64,000 nucleotides of DNA from Macrostomum lignano (taxonomy: Eukaryota), in the NCBI GenBank assembly GCA_002269645.1, contig NIVC01003956.1, positions 1 through 64,000 on the forward strand. The letters are read 5' to 3'. The position numbers and the translations under genes are program-made. Positions 36,501-48,569 of this stretch are shown one piece after another; the stretch's first letter is position 1; each line of letters opens with the position of its first letter. Under the pieces are notes generated by a model, which was not told the DNA's origin, searched no databases, and saw nothing but the letters and a program-made list of their open reading frames with translations.

Positions 36501-39125
36501 TGTCCGGTGGACTCTGTCCACTGGCAAAGTGAAGCGAAAAACCGGATCCTCCCTGCGGGGAGCCTACCACTACGAGTCGGTGAAGTTGGTTCCTTGGTCG
36601 GTGTAGAACCAGCATGGTACACCGAACTCGGGGATGAAGCGCTCCTGCAGAAGCTTGATGACTGTCTTGGCTTTCTGGTTTCTCATCGGGTAGGCGAATG
36701 GATACTTCGAAGTCGCATCGCACAAGGTCAGGATGTAGCGGTTGCCGCTCTTGCTCTTCTGCGCGATTGGTCCTACTACATCACAGTGGATTCTACCCAG
36801 AACTTCGCAGACTGGGAAGCTCTGGACCGGAACTCTCTCTCGCCGTCGCGATTTACTTTCAAGGCATGTGCGGCACTTACTGATTAAGGTCTTGGTAGCA
36901 CAGGCTAATCCGGGTCTCCAGAACCGTTCTCGTAGCCGCAGTAACGTCTTCGTCTCCACACAGTGGCGAACTGTGGAGCTCCTGGAGCACCTGGGCGTCA
37001 AGGGCCTCAGGCAGAACAACCTTTGGCGGCTGCTGGCCATCGGACAGGTCAATCAGCAGCAGGCCGTTGTCCTCCTGCAGGTTCTCGTAGTATCCGAGCA
37101 GATTCCACTGCTCCTTTGTCAGTCGCAACCGGGCGTCGAACTCAGGCTTCGGGGCTTCGTTCTCGACCAAGTTGAGCACGTAGCTGAAGGCTCGGTCAGC
37201 GCGCTTGGCGTCAACGAACTGTTGGCGAGTCATCGGCAGCTTCAGAAAGTCAGTGAGCACGGTGCGGCATGGCTTAGGGGTCCGGATTCCCGCAGTCTCC
37301 GCTTTAATGGCTCCAGGTCGATCACAGGGCACCGTCTTGTCGGCGTCAGGATTAGGTCGCTCCGAGGGACTTTGTCTCGCAACGTCGGCGTTCGTCCATT
37401 GATCTCGTCTTGAAGTTCTCTTCGTCGCTCTCTTGACAGAAAATTCCGCAGATGGAGCAGTGCACATGCCTCCACTGCCTAGCCCAGACGACTCTTGGCT
37501 GTAGGTCGAGACACAACACGTGAAGCACGCCTCGTCGCAGGCAGCCGTAGCCGTCGGCTCAATCATCGTCGAATCTGGGTGAGTCTTCTGCACTGGGCGG
37601 TGTCGCAATGTGGGGTTCGACATCCGACCAGGCGATGAGCAGCTGTCTGTCGGCCCGGAAGACGGAGCTTCGACCTTGCAGCTGGCGCGAGATTCTGGCC
37701 CCTCTCAACATGGCGAGAGATCTCAGCGAAAGGCTCAGAGGGGTTGTAGTTAGATTGCTGTCCTGGAGTTGCGTTGCGGGATGTCATCAGAAGGGCTGCT
37801 GGTGCGGTGGCCTTTGAATTTTCTTTGGGCGTCTCCAGATTCCGAGACCGGAAGTCTTGGGCGTTGTCAAGGTCTGCGTCAGCGGTGGCCTCTAGGACTT
37901 CGTCCAGGTTGGTCTCCAAATAGCGGCAGTCGTGAGCATCGCTGCAGAGAGCTGTTGTCGCAGTGGCCTCTGGGTTGTCGTCCAGGCGTTGACTGCAGCG
38001 GTGGGCGTCGTGCTGAAAGGCTGCTGGCGCAGTGGCTTCCAGGTCTTCGTCAAGGTCAGTCTCGGTCTCCAAGTAGCGAGGGTGGACAGTCTTCGGGAGG
38101 GCTGCTCTGGCAGTGGCCACGGGAGTCGCGTCCATGTCCGGTTCCAGGTCGAGGTCGTCACCTGGTCGGGCTGCAGAACCGGGTTGCTCCAGCAGTCGGC
38201 CATGCTCGAAGAAGATCGGCGGCCCCTCCGGTCTTCTTGACAGGGCATCAGCGTTGGCGTGGTCCTTGCCTTTGCGGTGGTTGAGCTGGAAGCGGAACTC
38301 GCTTAGGCGTTCGATCCAGCGGCCTAAAATACCTGTGGCCTTAGTTTGGTTCAGTAACCACAGTAAGGCCCGATGATCGGATCGAACTTCAAACTTCTTG
38401 CCGATTAAGTAGTGACGGAAATGTCGCATAGCGTCCACAATTGCAAGCAGCTCCTTCTTCGTGACCGTGTAGCGCTTCTCAGGATCGCGAAGAATGCAAT
38501 TGGACGTTCGACGCCGTCGGATTGCAGTTGTCCAAGACAAGCGCCTATTCGAATATCAGAGGCATCCGTATCGAGGACAAACTTCACTGCAAGATGAGAA
38601 TTAAACTCGGGCAGAGTGAGAACTACAGTTGAACATAAGTTCTTCTTCAGAGTGTCGAACGCGTGCTGATGCTCGGAAGTCCAGTGCTGCCGCAGGTTGC
38701 CAATGTCCTTTCGCGTCAGGGCATGCAGCGGCGCAGTCACTCCAGTGTAGCCGTCGACAAACTTGTGGTAGTAATTGGCGAGGCCCAGGAATTGTCTCAG
38801 TTAAGTAACGGACTGTGGCACGGGCCAATTACGGATCTGCGCAATCTTGTCCTCACAGGTCTTCAGGCCGTCGGGAGTCACGACGTGACCTAAATAATGC
38901 AGCTCCTTGAGGAACAAATGACACTTTTTCGGTTTCACTTTGAGGTTGGCTGCGATGATGCGCTAGAGTACAGTTCGCAAGTTGTCCAGCTGCTCCTTGA
39001 AAGTCACTGAGTGCACCACGATGTCGTCCATGTAGCCAAGCGCAGTCTTTGGCGTCAGGCCGTCCAGGAGCTTATTGATGCAACGCTGAAATCTGCCAGG
39101 ACTATCGTGGAGACCCATCGGTAGA
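36500..39125 (-). mobile_element. Degenerate Ty3/gypsy pol (RT C-half, RNase H, long linker, integrase N-half)
   Basis: LPMGL..PGRFQR..YMDDIVV; LDTDASD; ELLAIV..VRSDH; zinc finger remnant ...CRTC; DVVGP; DATSKYP; TDQG. Several frameshifts; truncated at both ends. Confidence 0.9.
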
Positions 39126-40278
39126 GACTGTCGGACTGGGCATTGGCGCCAGGGGAGCCGCAACGGCGACATCCGCAGAGCGGCCAGAGGAGCCGCCACC
39201 GGCGACGTCCGCAGAGCGGCCAGAGGAGCCGCCGCTGTTGCCGTCGCTTGAAAAAGGTATAAACCTTAGCTCGCTGCGAAAACTGTACACGCGCCGCAGC
39301 TCGGCTGAGTTCATTTCCCCGGGATTTTTTATTTCCGGCATGAAAACACCATTCAGGTTATTGGAAGTTAATTTTGCAACCCATACCGGCGGCAACTGAA
39401 ATTCATAATTTAAAACGATGAATTTTATGAATGATAAACTAAAATAAATTGTATAGCAAAATCTGGATAATTGCAGAAAGAATAAAAAGAACTCGCCTAA
39501 AATAGACTACTTAAAGTTTAATAAATTGTTTTAGGGCTCACCATAAGCCATTCGCACGGCTGCGCGAACCTCCTTCCGCATCAAATCAACCGTAGGTTGT
39601 CGCCCTGACGATTGCGTAAGCTGATTTTCGGATGACAGAAGTTCAAATTTCTAAAAAACGCCGTGCGTCGATTAGTATAGGAGATTAAAGAGATAACCAG
39701 TATCCATACATTAGATATTACAAGCAGAACCAAACAGAAGGATATTAAAATATAAATTCCTACTGAATTTCTTTCTTGACATACTCTTGCTAGTCCTTAA
39801 ATACTGTTATTATAATTACCTGGATAAGACCACACTCCGCGTGGAGAAATTCGTCTAATCCTGGAGACGCGCATACACGGAGATTCGTCCCGTCGCGCTT
39901 CTTAGAAATAACAACTACATGGTAGTTGTTAAACATCGCACGGGCCTAGACGAAGAATTGCGTAACGTCATTATGGAGGGAGAAAAAAACAGTTCAGCCC
40001 AACTGCCGATCTGATCATTTACGAAAAAATATATTTCTGATAGCTAAATTCCATATCGTACTTAGCTTTACCATACTGTCTATTATTACCAGTTCCTCCA
40101 ACTCAAGCCCCGATGGGCATCGCTGATGGCTCTGCTCATTTGCCTCCTTGGTAACATTCTAGCACGGCCCTGTCGTCATCGGTGAGTTTCTTGAACTCAT
40201 TAGCTAAGAAAGCCATCGGTTCCATCGAAAAGCGGTCTGAAAGATAAATCCAAACAGTTTAAACGAAAACTAAATTGC

Positions 40279-40728
40279 TTAAGTCACTGATTTTAAACTT
40301 AATGAATAAAATATGCTAAACTTACTGGATCCTCTTAGCTTCACAAACATGGACCATGCACTTCTTTTTCGAACTTTGCCAAGGCGGCCTATAGTTAAAA
40401 TAAAAGCACTTCTGGAAAAGCACTTCTCGCACTTCATCTCAAACATTTCGAGCCAAATTCGAATGTCCATTGATGGCTTGTACTTGGCGATTTTAATCTG
40501 CTTTTTAATCTGCAGATTCATCTGCCGGTTCATATTTACGAGCAGGTTTTGCAGCAGGTTAGCACTTACGCCTGCGCCAAGACCTCTAATGAAGTCTGCG
40601 TCTGCTCCAAATATGCCACCATCAGGGCTAGCGCATCGAGATGCGGCTGCAGCGGCGGCTGCGCCCCTGTTCTCATTCGGAATTTGCTCTGAACCACTCT
40701 CTAACGAACGGGATCGGTTCAATGACAT
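40279..40728 (-). pseudogene. Gag-like N-terminal fragment
   Basis: Low-complexity N-terminus, then IAKYKPSMDIRIWLEMFEMKC (capsid-start-like W..FE motif), degenerating into AT-rich sequence. Confidence 0.5.
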
Positions 40729-40749
40729 TCTCACTTCTATAAGGCGAGA

Positions 40750-40847
40750 GTAGTAGTATGTTATAAGGGGTTGCGCCACACTTTATTGCTCGGGCGCATT
40801 GCGCGCCAGCTCGCTGGATGACTCAACCCCTTATAACATACTACTAC
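40750..40847. repeat. Perfect 24-bp inverted repeat with 50-bp spacer
   Basis: GTAGTAGTATGTTATAAGGGGTTG (40750-40773) and CAACCCCTTATAACATACTACTAC (40824-40847). Confidence 0.9.
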
Positions 40848-41155
40848 TACCAGGAGGTCATGGGTTCAAGTGGGATGTGATAAATATAAAAACCCCGTAA
40901 CGTGGCACATTTTTGTCTATTTTTAGAACTAGAAAAAAATGAATGAAGCAAACACAAAATACTCTCAGACACACAGAGTGGGTGGCTCCACTGGAGCACA
41001 AAGGCAGCCTTTATTTCAAAAGAGTTGTTTTCAAGGTATATACTAAGGTAAGTAGCGCGGAGTGAATGTTTGAATGATAATTGTCACTTTAAGTAGTAGC
41101 ATGTCAATTTTTCTGGACGTCCAGAAAAAATTCTGTATATTGGTCTGTCATGTGT

Positions 41156-42002
41156 TTATTCATCAATAGAAGCGCTTCCCATTTCGCTAGTGGCTGCTTC
41201 AATCGTGTCGTTCTCTTCTTCATCAAGCATGCTGTCATCCTCTCCTTCAAAGTGCAGTTCGATGTCGAGTTCGAGGCGGCATGCGAAATTCTCATCTTCT
41301 GATGCTCTTTGTTCAATTGCCTTCTTGAACGTCAGAATGGTCTCAAAGCAATATCCAGAAATTACCAGACTCGGGTACTTTGTTGTTAGCTTGTAGAATG
41401 TAAATAGTCGCTGGGCAAACTTCACATCTATATCTAGCTTTCTCGCAACTCCTTCAATGCTCAGTCCGAGTTTTTCTTGCAACGCAGCAATTACTTCTGC
41501 TTGCTTCTTCCTGGCAATACAACCCAGCACTTCAAGGTCGGCGATGAAACCTTCCAGTTGATTCAACCGTTCGATCATGCGAGTCTCATCATCGCCAATG
41601 ATAGATGTGCACACTTCTTTTGCGTTGTAGAACCTATAATGAAAATGGACTCAAATTATGATATTTGCTTTTATTCAATGAAATTATGGAGAATGAAACT
41701 GAAACTTACCGAGTCCTGATAGTTGTTACTTCGTTTGTCACTCCTCTCATTTTTTCGATAAGGCGTTCAATAAATCGGCTTTCTCTAATAGATTTAGAAT
41801 CGCTCTCTTTGCTCTTCTCTTCCTTCTTATCCTTCTTGAAGGACTCACATTCAATCTTTCGCAGTTTTTCCAGCAATGAGTTCTGCTCCTCGCTAGACAA
41901 GCGACTAACTGCAACTGCTGAACTTGATTGGTCTTTTGAGCTAATACTCTTAATCGTGGAAACTATCTTAGATGGAAGCTTTCTATCGCTGGAAGAAGCC
42001 AT
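41156..42002 (-). CDS. Two-exon orphan protein, 256 aa (charged N-terminus, HTH-like core, acidic tail); exons 42002-41710 and 41633-41156
   Basis: ATG at 42002. A 76-nt intron (GTAAGT...TTATAG, phase 2) joins the two ORFs in frame with no stops. LGLSIEGVARKLDIDVKFAQRL is HTH-like. Confidence 0.7.
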
Positions 42003-43496
42003 TTGAAATATGTTGTATAGATAGAATTCTAAACCTAAAGTAAATTTTCTCTTGCTCTTGCTTGCTAAGCTAAATGAAACTAATATAGCGATGGAGGGGA
42101 GGGTCGCAGTCAGCCGATAACAGGTTACAACTAGCAAAAGTGTGTGGGTGTGAGCCACGCGTTAAACTTAATATGATGTGTGTGAGTGTATTAGTTTCAA
42201 CAAAGAATCTCTAACAATTACTCACACACCCGTTGTGCGAATTGAGATAGAGAGTATCTTTTAATAAACACACAAATAACTAGCATAACGTTTTAGAGTT
42301 GGTGAGTGTGCCAGTCCTGCATCAGCCTGTAAATTGTTGTGAAAGACAGCTAGCATGAGGGGCACGCCTAGTGTCTTTTATGAGTTGAATGAGGGGGTTT
42401 GATGAAGATGAAAAAACACTGAACTCCTGTGAGAGTCTCGGAGAGTGGCAGCGGAGTGTGGTGTGAGTCAGTCTCCCCTAACTCCTACTAACCTAATAGC
42501 TACGTCTCGCGCAAATGGGCGGCGAGGAAATAGGTCTATGCGCCTGCGGCAGCAATAGACTCTAGGCCTATAAACTAACAGCTATTTCTTAGAATCGCGC
42601 ACGAGTGCTGCGACTGCACACTCACTCTCACTCTTATTCGCGCCTGTGTCGCGAATAGACACGAGCAGAATGGCTTCAGCCCACTGCTTTCCTGCCAATA
42701 GGGTAGGCTGGAAAACCAGAGCTATAGCACTAGCAATGCTCTACCAGCGTGCTTTCTGCTTGAGCGCTGCAATGCTCTGCCAAGACCTGCTCAGGAGCTT
42801 GCGTCTGCTTAGCGATGCTTATAGCTCTACCAAGACCTGCTCAGGAGCTTTGCTTCGCTGTTAACCGGCGCTAGAGCGCTTTCTCGGAGAAGATTCTCAA
42901 CGAGTCTGACCAGCGGTCAAAACGGTTCTGAGGAAAAATTCAGACAAGAGGGCCTGCATTCGTTAATATAGAACGCGGAGGGTGGAGCGTTTGGGCATTC
43001 CGTGGCTTGACCATGGAACTGCAGCCGAAAAGTGCGGATAATGATGCACAACAGATATTGATTAAACATGGGGGAAATAGCTTGCACGAAGCGCGGACAG
43101 TCGCCTCAAGCCACTAGTGACAATAGCATGCCAAATTTGGGCTTGTGCGCACAAGGCTGCACGTAAGGGAGGGTTAAGTTCGGGACACGGGGTCCGCGAA
43201 ACCCTCAGTCTAAAAATAGAATGACGCATGGGGAGAGGCTCGGCACCTAACGGCCGTGGGCTAGCCAGACAATCCACTAAACAAAAAATACGTGGCTAGC
43301 CAGGTGGCTCCACCGTGGACCCACACAGGCTAGCCCTTGCGAGTCCACACAGTGCGCACAGTGATAGTACGCTAGATATGCTAAGGAACGCTGCTTTTGG
43401 TCCGTGTGGGCTAGGGTGGGCTGGTCGAGTGCACCCGCGGACGGGAATGAGAAGTCTGGGAATTCTCTGAGTGTTAAAAATAGACACCGCTAAAAA

Positions 43497-43556
43497 TTGG
43501 TCGAGTGGCCAGTGGGCCTGACTTGAAATTGGAAGGTTTGAGGTTCGAATCCTGCT
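43497..43556 (+). pseudogene. Degenerate tRNA-Ser(TGA)-like sequence or SINE head
   Basis: TGGTCGAGTGG (A box), GACTTGAAAT (anticodon-loop-like) and GGTTCGAATCCTGC (B box). The acceptor stem does not pair. Confidence 0.45.
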
Positions 43557-44489
43557 AGACAAAATATCTTAATGTAAATATTGTGCGTGTAAAAAAGCAG
43601 AACTTGCAGAAAAGCAGAAATTAGAATTTGAGTGAACAAACGGTAAATTATGGTAATGAGGATTATTATAAGGATTAAAGGATTGCTGGTTTAAGTGATG
43701 AAAATACACGTATTAGAAAAGTAGTATCGAAAGAGTAAAAATTATTATTTATTCGAACATAAATAAAAAACAGTGGAAATGACTTTTTTAATTTTAGTAT
43801 TAGCACCCATACTTCTTCGTCTGTAATCATATTACTTTAAATCAGTAGCTCATTTTGGGATTGAAGAATTTAAGTGATTAAGCTCTCGATAATGTATTGG
43901 AGAGCCACTCATAAGCCAAATTGATATTAGGTTAGCCAATAGCCTAAACTAAGATGCACAGGGAAGGCCCCTTGCGTGCACGCGCTCGCAGCTCACACTG
44001 CTGCTAATATCAGTAGTAGTCTGAAGGGTAAGCTCAACCGCCTGCAAGTTAGCGATGTGGCAGTCCATTAGTGTAGCAGTTGCAGGCCTAAAGTAACTCT
44101 CATGAAGTCACGGACTCATGGTCCCTATTTTATTGGCTTGTTTTTCTTTTGGTACGGTTTGAGTCTAGCAGTACTAATATTAATCACATAGTAATCTTTT
44201 GTAACACTTGGGGTGAAGCACATTTAGTTCCTGTCATATTTATTGTCATTGAAGTCGAAGATCAATTGTATACCGGTGCCGTATTGATGTATCGTATTTT
44301 TTAAAAAAAGATTATTTATTTGGAAATTTAACTGTTGTGCTACCTTAGATACATTTTCTTCTGGTAAAAAAGTCTTCAGTTTTAAATGTATTGTGATAAA
44401 ACTTGAAAACTCTCCTGCTTCTATCATAAACAAGTTATAAAATCTTAAAGTAAGTTTAGTTTTGTTAATGTTTTCCGTAGCTGTTGACA

Positions 44490-45300
44490 ACAGGAACTAA
44501 TTACCTTTTGAGGTGGGGGTGGAGAAGAAAATAAAATTTTTGAAATTGTAGAATTAGGGTTTGTCGTCGGCACGTAAAGCCGGAAAATTGCACAAATTGC
44601 TGCGTTGAGTCTTCTCCTTGGAAACTCCGTCTGCCGGGGTCCTCAATTCCGGGGGGAGGGTAGTCGTGTTCGTAGTCGAGCGGTCTTGTAGCGGCCCGGG
44701 TCGTTCAGATTGGTTCCTCGGACACCGTAAAATTCATAGTTCGTCGAAAATGCTCGCTTGGTTACTAACAGTAGTAAAGTAGCGCTGCCACCACCGTAAA
44801 TGTCGTTTTACGGAACGTTGAGGGTCTCAGAGCTTTCTTTGAGTTGAGACTGACTGGTTATTTTACGCCCCGCGGGCAAATGACTCAATAGAAAACTAAA
44901 GGCTTCGATTCTGAACAACTGAATAAATATTATTAATATTTACTAACTTATTATGATTTCGTTATTATTATTATTATCGTTAATTATTATAGCTACGCGA
45001 GATAATTGAGCAAAGACCAGAAACAAAGAACAAAACAAGCTAACCAACAACCAACAGGAGGGGGGATAGAGAAGAATTGAAAAAATGGTAGTAAACGCAA
45101 TGATTTTTATACACAAATAATACATAGATCCAATTGGGGAAACACCGAGGGGAACACCGGGGGGAACACTGGCGGGAAAAAAGGCAAACCCCGGAAGGAA
45201 CACAACAAAACAAAGTGGGACCAAGGGAAGGGGCAACTATTGGACCAAAGGTGGGGGCAACGAAGGGAAAGCGCACAGTTCATCCGGGGGAGCAGAAGTG
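44490..45300 (-). mobile_element. Unclassified repeat, copy 2 (homologous to 11400-12440)
   Basis: The reverse complement carries the same conserved blocks in the same order as copy 1. Confidence 0.75.
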
Positions 45301-45444
45301 ACGTCAAAATTATCCCACCGGGTGGAGGCGCTTCGCGCGTCGCCAACCGTTGCAGGAGCCCCAGTGGTAGACCGGCCTACCACAGGCGCGGGGGCGCCGG
45401 GGGGGGGACCTGGCAACAGTTGACGAGCGCCTCCGTTCGTCTTC

Positions 45445-46304
45445 TTAAGTTCGGCGGCCCCGTGTCGCCGGCCGGCCTCGGCGAGCAGGGGCATCAGGGT
45501 CGGACTGGGCGGAGCTGGCGACGCGAGCGTGGTGGCTGAGCTGCAGAAGGGCCGGGGTCAGCCCTCGCCCCAGCGTCGCAGCATTGTCCACGAAATGGCC
45601 GACCAGCGCGCAGAATGTCCCGTAGGGCAGACCTCCCGCTGACTGCCGCAGCCGTTCGCACAGAAAATCGGCAGTTGCGGACACGGCACGGGCCACAGCC
45701 GGTTGCCCTCGGGTCTGGGCATAACTGCGCCAGTGGCGGCCGTCTGACATCCGCCGATTGTTGCTGTCCCCGGCGAATTCCCACAGCAACAACTCGGCGA
45801 GGTGCTGGACTGGTTCGGCCGGGGGGGGGGGGAAGCGACTGCGGCCTCCACTGGCGACGGCTGGCTCGACCCGTTCGTCCAATTCGTCGGCGGAAATGGC
45901 GGGGTGATGAAGGGGTCTGGTCCCAACACGCGGACGGGCTCCGGCTCCTGGGCCAGGGGGACGGCATCCACCTGGTCTAGCAGCCGGTGCAGGCCGGTGC
46001 CGAGGCTACTCGCTGGCGAGGGCGCCGGAGCCGGTGGGGCCAGGCCAGGTGCGGCTTCGCTGAAGGGGTCGAAGGCTGCGAGCAGGTCCTGATCGAATTC
46101 CTCATTGTCGGCTTCGTAGCCGTTGACGTGCTCCAAAGCCTCGCGGATTTCGCGGCTGAGCGGAGACTCGTCTCCCATAGGATCGTCGGCAAACATAGTA
46201 GAATAGGTGATGTAGGAATCTCGCTGAGCAATTTCGGCCGGACGAACAGAATTGATGAAAAAATTAGAAAATGGCTCCTTTAAATAGGGCACAAAATATT
46301 CCAA
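45445..46304 (-). CDS. Hypothetical acidic/Pro-rich ORF pair upstream of repeat copy 2, possibly one gene split at a poly-G run (about 45820-45832)
   Basis: 248-aa and 145-aa ORFs overlap. The protein-like parts (EIREALEHVNGYEADNEEFDQDLLAAF; VQHLAELLLWEFAG...ADFLCERL) switch frame at the homopolymer. No family recognised. Confidence 0.35.
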
Positions 46305-46587
46305 CTGGTGGAATTGTAAACCAACCAGAGGAAATAAAATTCAACCGCTGGAATTGAGCCATCACCCCTCGTGCACTCTAAGGTGGCACACAGAGTTGGG
46401 GTGGGCGCATGAATCAAGGAGTCATAAAATAGATAACCGCGCGGCAGGGGTCCAAAATCAGAATGAATGAATGGGGCGCCTCGCACGGCTCACAACAGGC
46501 TGGCGGTTAGAGAGAGGGGGGGCTGAATAATCGCATAAACAGTAGTTTAGAAAAATAGTAAGAAACATAGGTAGTTCCTAAAAATTA

Positions 46588-47581
46588 CGAGGGGTGTCCA
46601 AAAAGTAGTGATACTTTTAACCGTAGCTCTCGTTCTGTAGCTTCCTGTGATTTAAAATTTTATGAACTGATAGCGGGAAATCTATTCTACAGACTGCTTT
46701 TTGAATTTTTAAAATTGATACTAGAGAACAAAAGTTATACCCACGAAAGTAACAGTACCTGTACCATAGAGTTACACAAATTATATCGAAATTTATAGTA
46801 GTTGACTTCTGCACTCATTCATTAAGAAGGCATCGATAAATGTCTTGTTTAAGCAATACCAAACCCCAATTGCAAAATGTTGCTCACTGTGACTGACTGA
46901 AATTTATCTATGGACGGGATCAGGCGCAGAAAAATAAAGCATTAAATGCATTACTTTACTTGCAAACAGAGGATCGCTTGCATTTTGCGATTCGTTCATG
47001 ATTTCATTGCCCATACTCGACAACACACATGAATGTGCACTCAGTTGTTGCTCAGCAAAGTACTATCTTCACTCTTTGGGGCGCTGGCCATGGTGCCTCA
47101 GAAATTCACGCAAAACTTTGCTCTGCGCACGGATCCTCTGCGGTCAGCAAAATGACAGTTTATCGATGGATGGAGCAGTTCAGCGAGGGAAGGATTGACT
47201 TGGCAGATCAGCATTGGACGGGGCGGCCATACGTTCATCGACCTGATGTACTGGCGGACTCCATTCTGAATCTTCTTGACGAGGACTCCCGAATGACCAT
47301 TAGAGAGATCGCTGACAGGTTGGACAAGCCGAAATCAACAATTCATCGAAGCTTACTCGGCATGGATCTCGTGAAGCTCAGCCTATAATTTGTGTAACTC
47401 TATGGTACAGGTACTGTTACTTTTGTGGGTATAACTTTTGTTCTCTGGGATCAATTTTAAAAATTCAAAAAGCAGTCTGTAGAAGAGATTTTCCGCTATC
47501 AGTTCATAAAATTTTAAATCACAGGAAGCTACAGAACGAGAGCTACGGTTAAAAGTATCACTATTTTTTGGACACCCCTCG
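46588..47581 (+). mobile_element. Mariner-like deletion derivative with 198-bp TIRs; ORF 47029-47388 encodes only the HTH DNA-binding region
   Basis: TA|CGAGGGGTGTCCAAAAA...TTTTTGGACACCCCTCG|TA. TIRs at 46588-46785 and 47384-47581. GHGASEIHAKL..VSKMTVYRW..F..G..GRP..MTIREIADRL..KSTIHR. The stop codon lies inside the right TIR. Confidence 0.92.
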
Positions 47582-48109
47582 TAGAATAGCAGATAGATAC
47601 AGGCATGGCTGCTGAGTTAGAATTTGGATCTCCATACGGAGTTACACGAAAGGCAAAAGGCACTGGGAAAAGGGCTGGACAGGCGCCCTTACAAATTTTC
47701 CCAGGCTCGGCTCGGTCAAAACAAAGAAAAATGGGGGCCGTTCACCTCAGATGCCCTCCGCTGAGGACAAGGCCTAGAGCCAGGGTGGCTAGACCTGAGC
47801 GGGGCAAACGACTGGGGGCACAGAGCAACATTGGCTTGCAAAATTAAGAGATACCTTCAGCCATAAGCAAGGACTGCAAGGTTTACAACTGAAATAAAAA
47901 CTTCGCAAGTTAATGACACGCAATCGAGCAAAATTAATAAATCGCATGCGTATAAATAATTTTCGCGTAGGTGCTGGCCTTTTCCATCAAGCCTAAGGCT
48001 AAATATCAGAACGCAGAAGTGCGGGTCGCGTTGAATAAATATGACACCAATTGAGCATGAGCACAATGTACAAAGGCTTTTGACCGGAAAGCGTAAGGAG
48101 CAGAAATTA

Positions 48110-48410
48110 GGAAAATTAGTTGCTTTTGCCCTCAAGCATAAGGAAAGTACAGAAAATTAGTTGCTTTTGCCCTCAAGCATAAGGAAAGTACAGAAAATTA
48201 GTTGCTTCTGCCCTCAAGCATAAGGAAAGTACATTGAGAAACACTGCTTTTGCCATCAAGCATAAGGAAACGGACAAAAAAATTAGTTGCTTTTATCCCT
48301 CAAGCATAAGGAAAGTACATTGAGAAACACTGCTTTTGCCGTCAAGCATAAGGAAACGGACAGAAAAATTAGTTGCTTTTATCCCTCAAGCATAAGGAAA
48401 GTACATTGAG
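48110..48410. repeat. Tandem array with core GCTTTTGCCCTCAAGCATAAGGAAAGTAC (about 41-60 bp units)
   Basis: About 7 copies downstream (minus-strand sense) of the gypsy integrase. Confidence 0.85.
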
Positions 48411-48569
48411 CGGGGAAAATTGAAAAACTGCTTTCAGCACAGAACGGGTGCAGAGAAAGCTTACAGCAAGATTTTTATTCAGAACGCGTTCACAAACTTA
48501 ACTACTCATAGTAATGCGCAACGGTAATTAAGCTATTAGGCGCAATATTAAATCGCTGGTAAATACCTT

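Noticed and set aside
43497-43556. Functional tRNA-Ser gene
   Set aside because: Acceptor and D stems do not pair; kept only as a degenerate copy.
40876-44188. A 3.3-kb LTR bounded by TGTGATAAATAT / ATATTAATCACA
   Set aside because: 12-bp match with one mismatch in AT-rich DNA, no second LTR and no TSD; chance is plausible.
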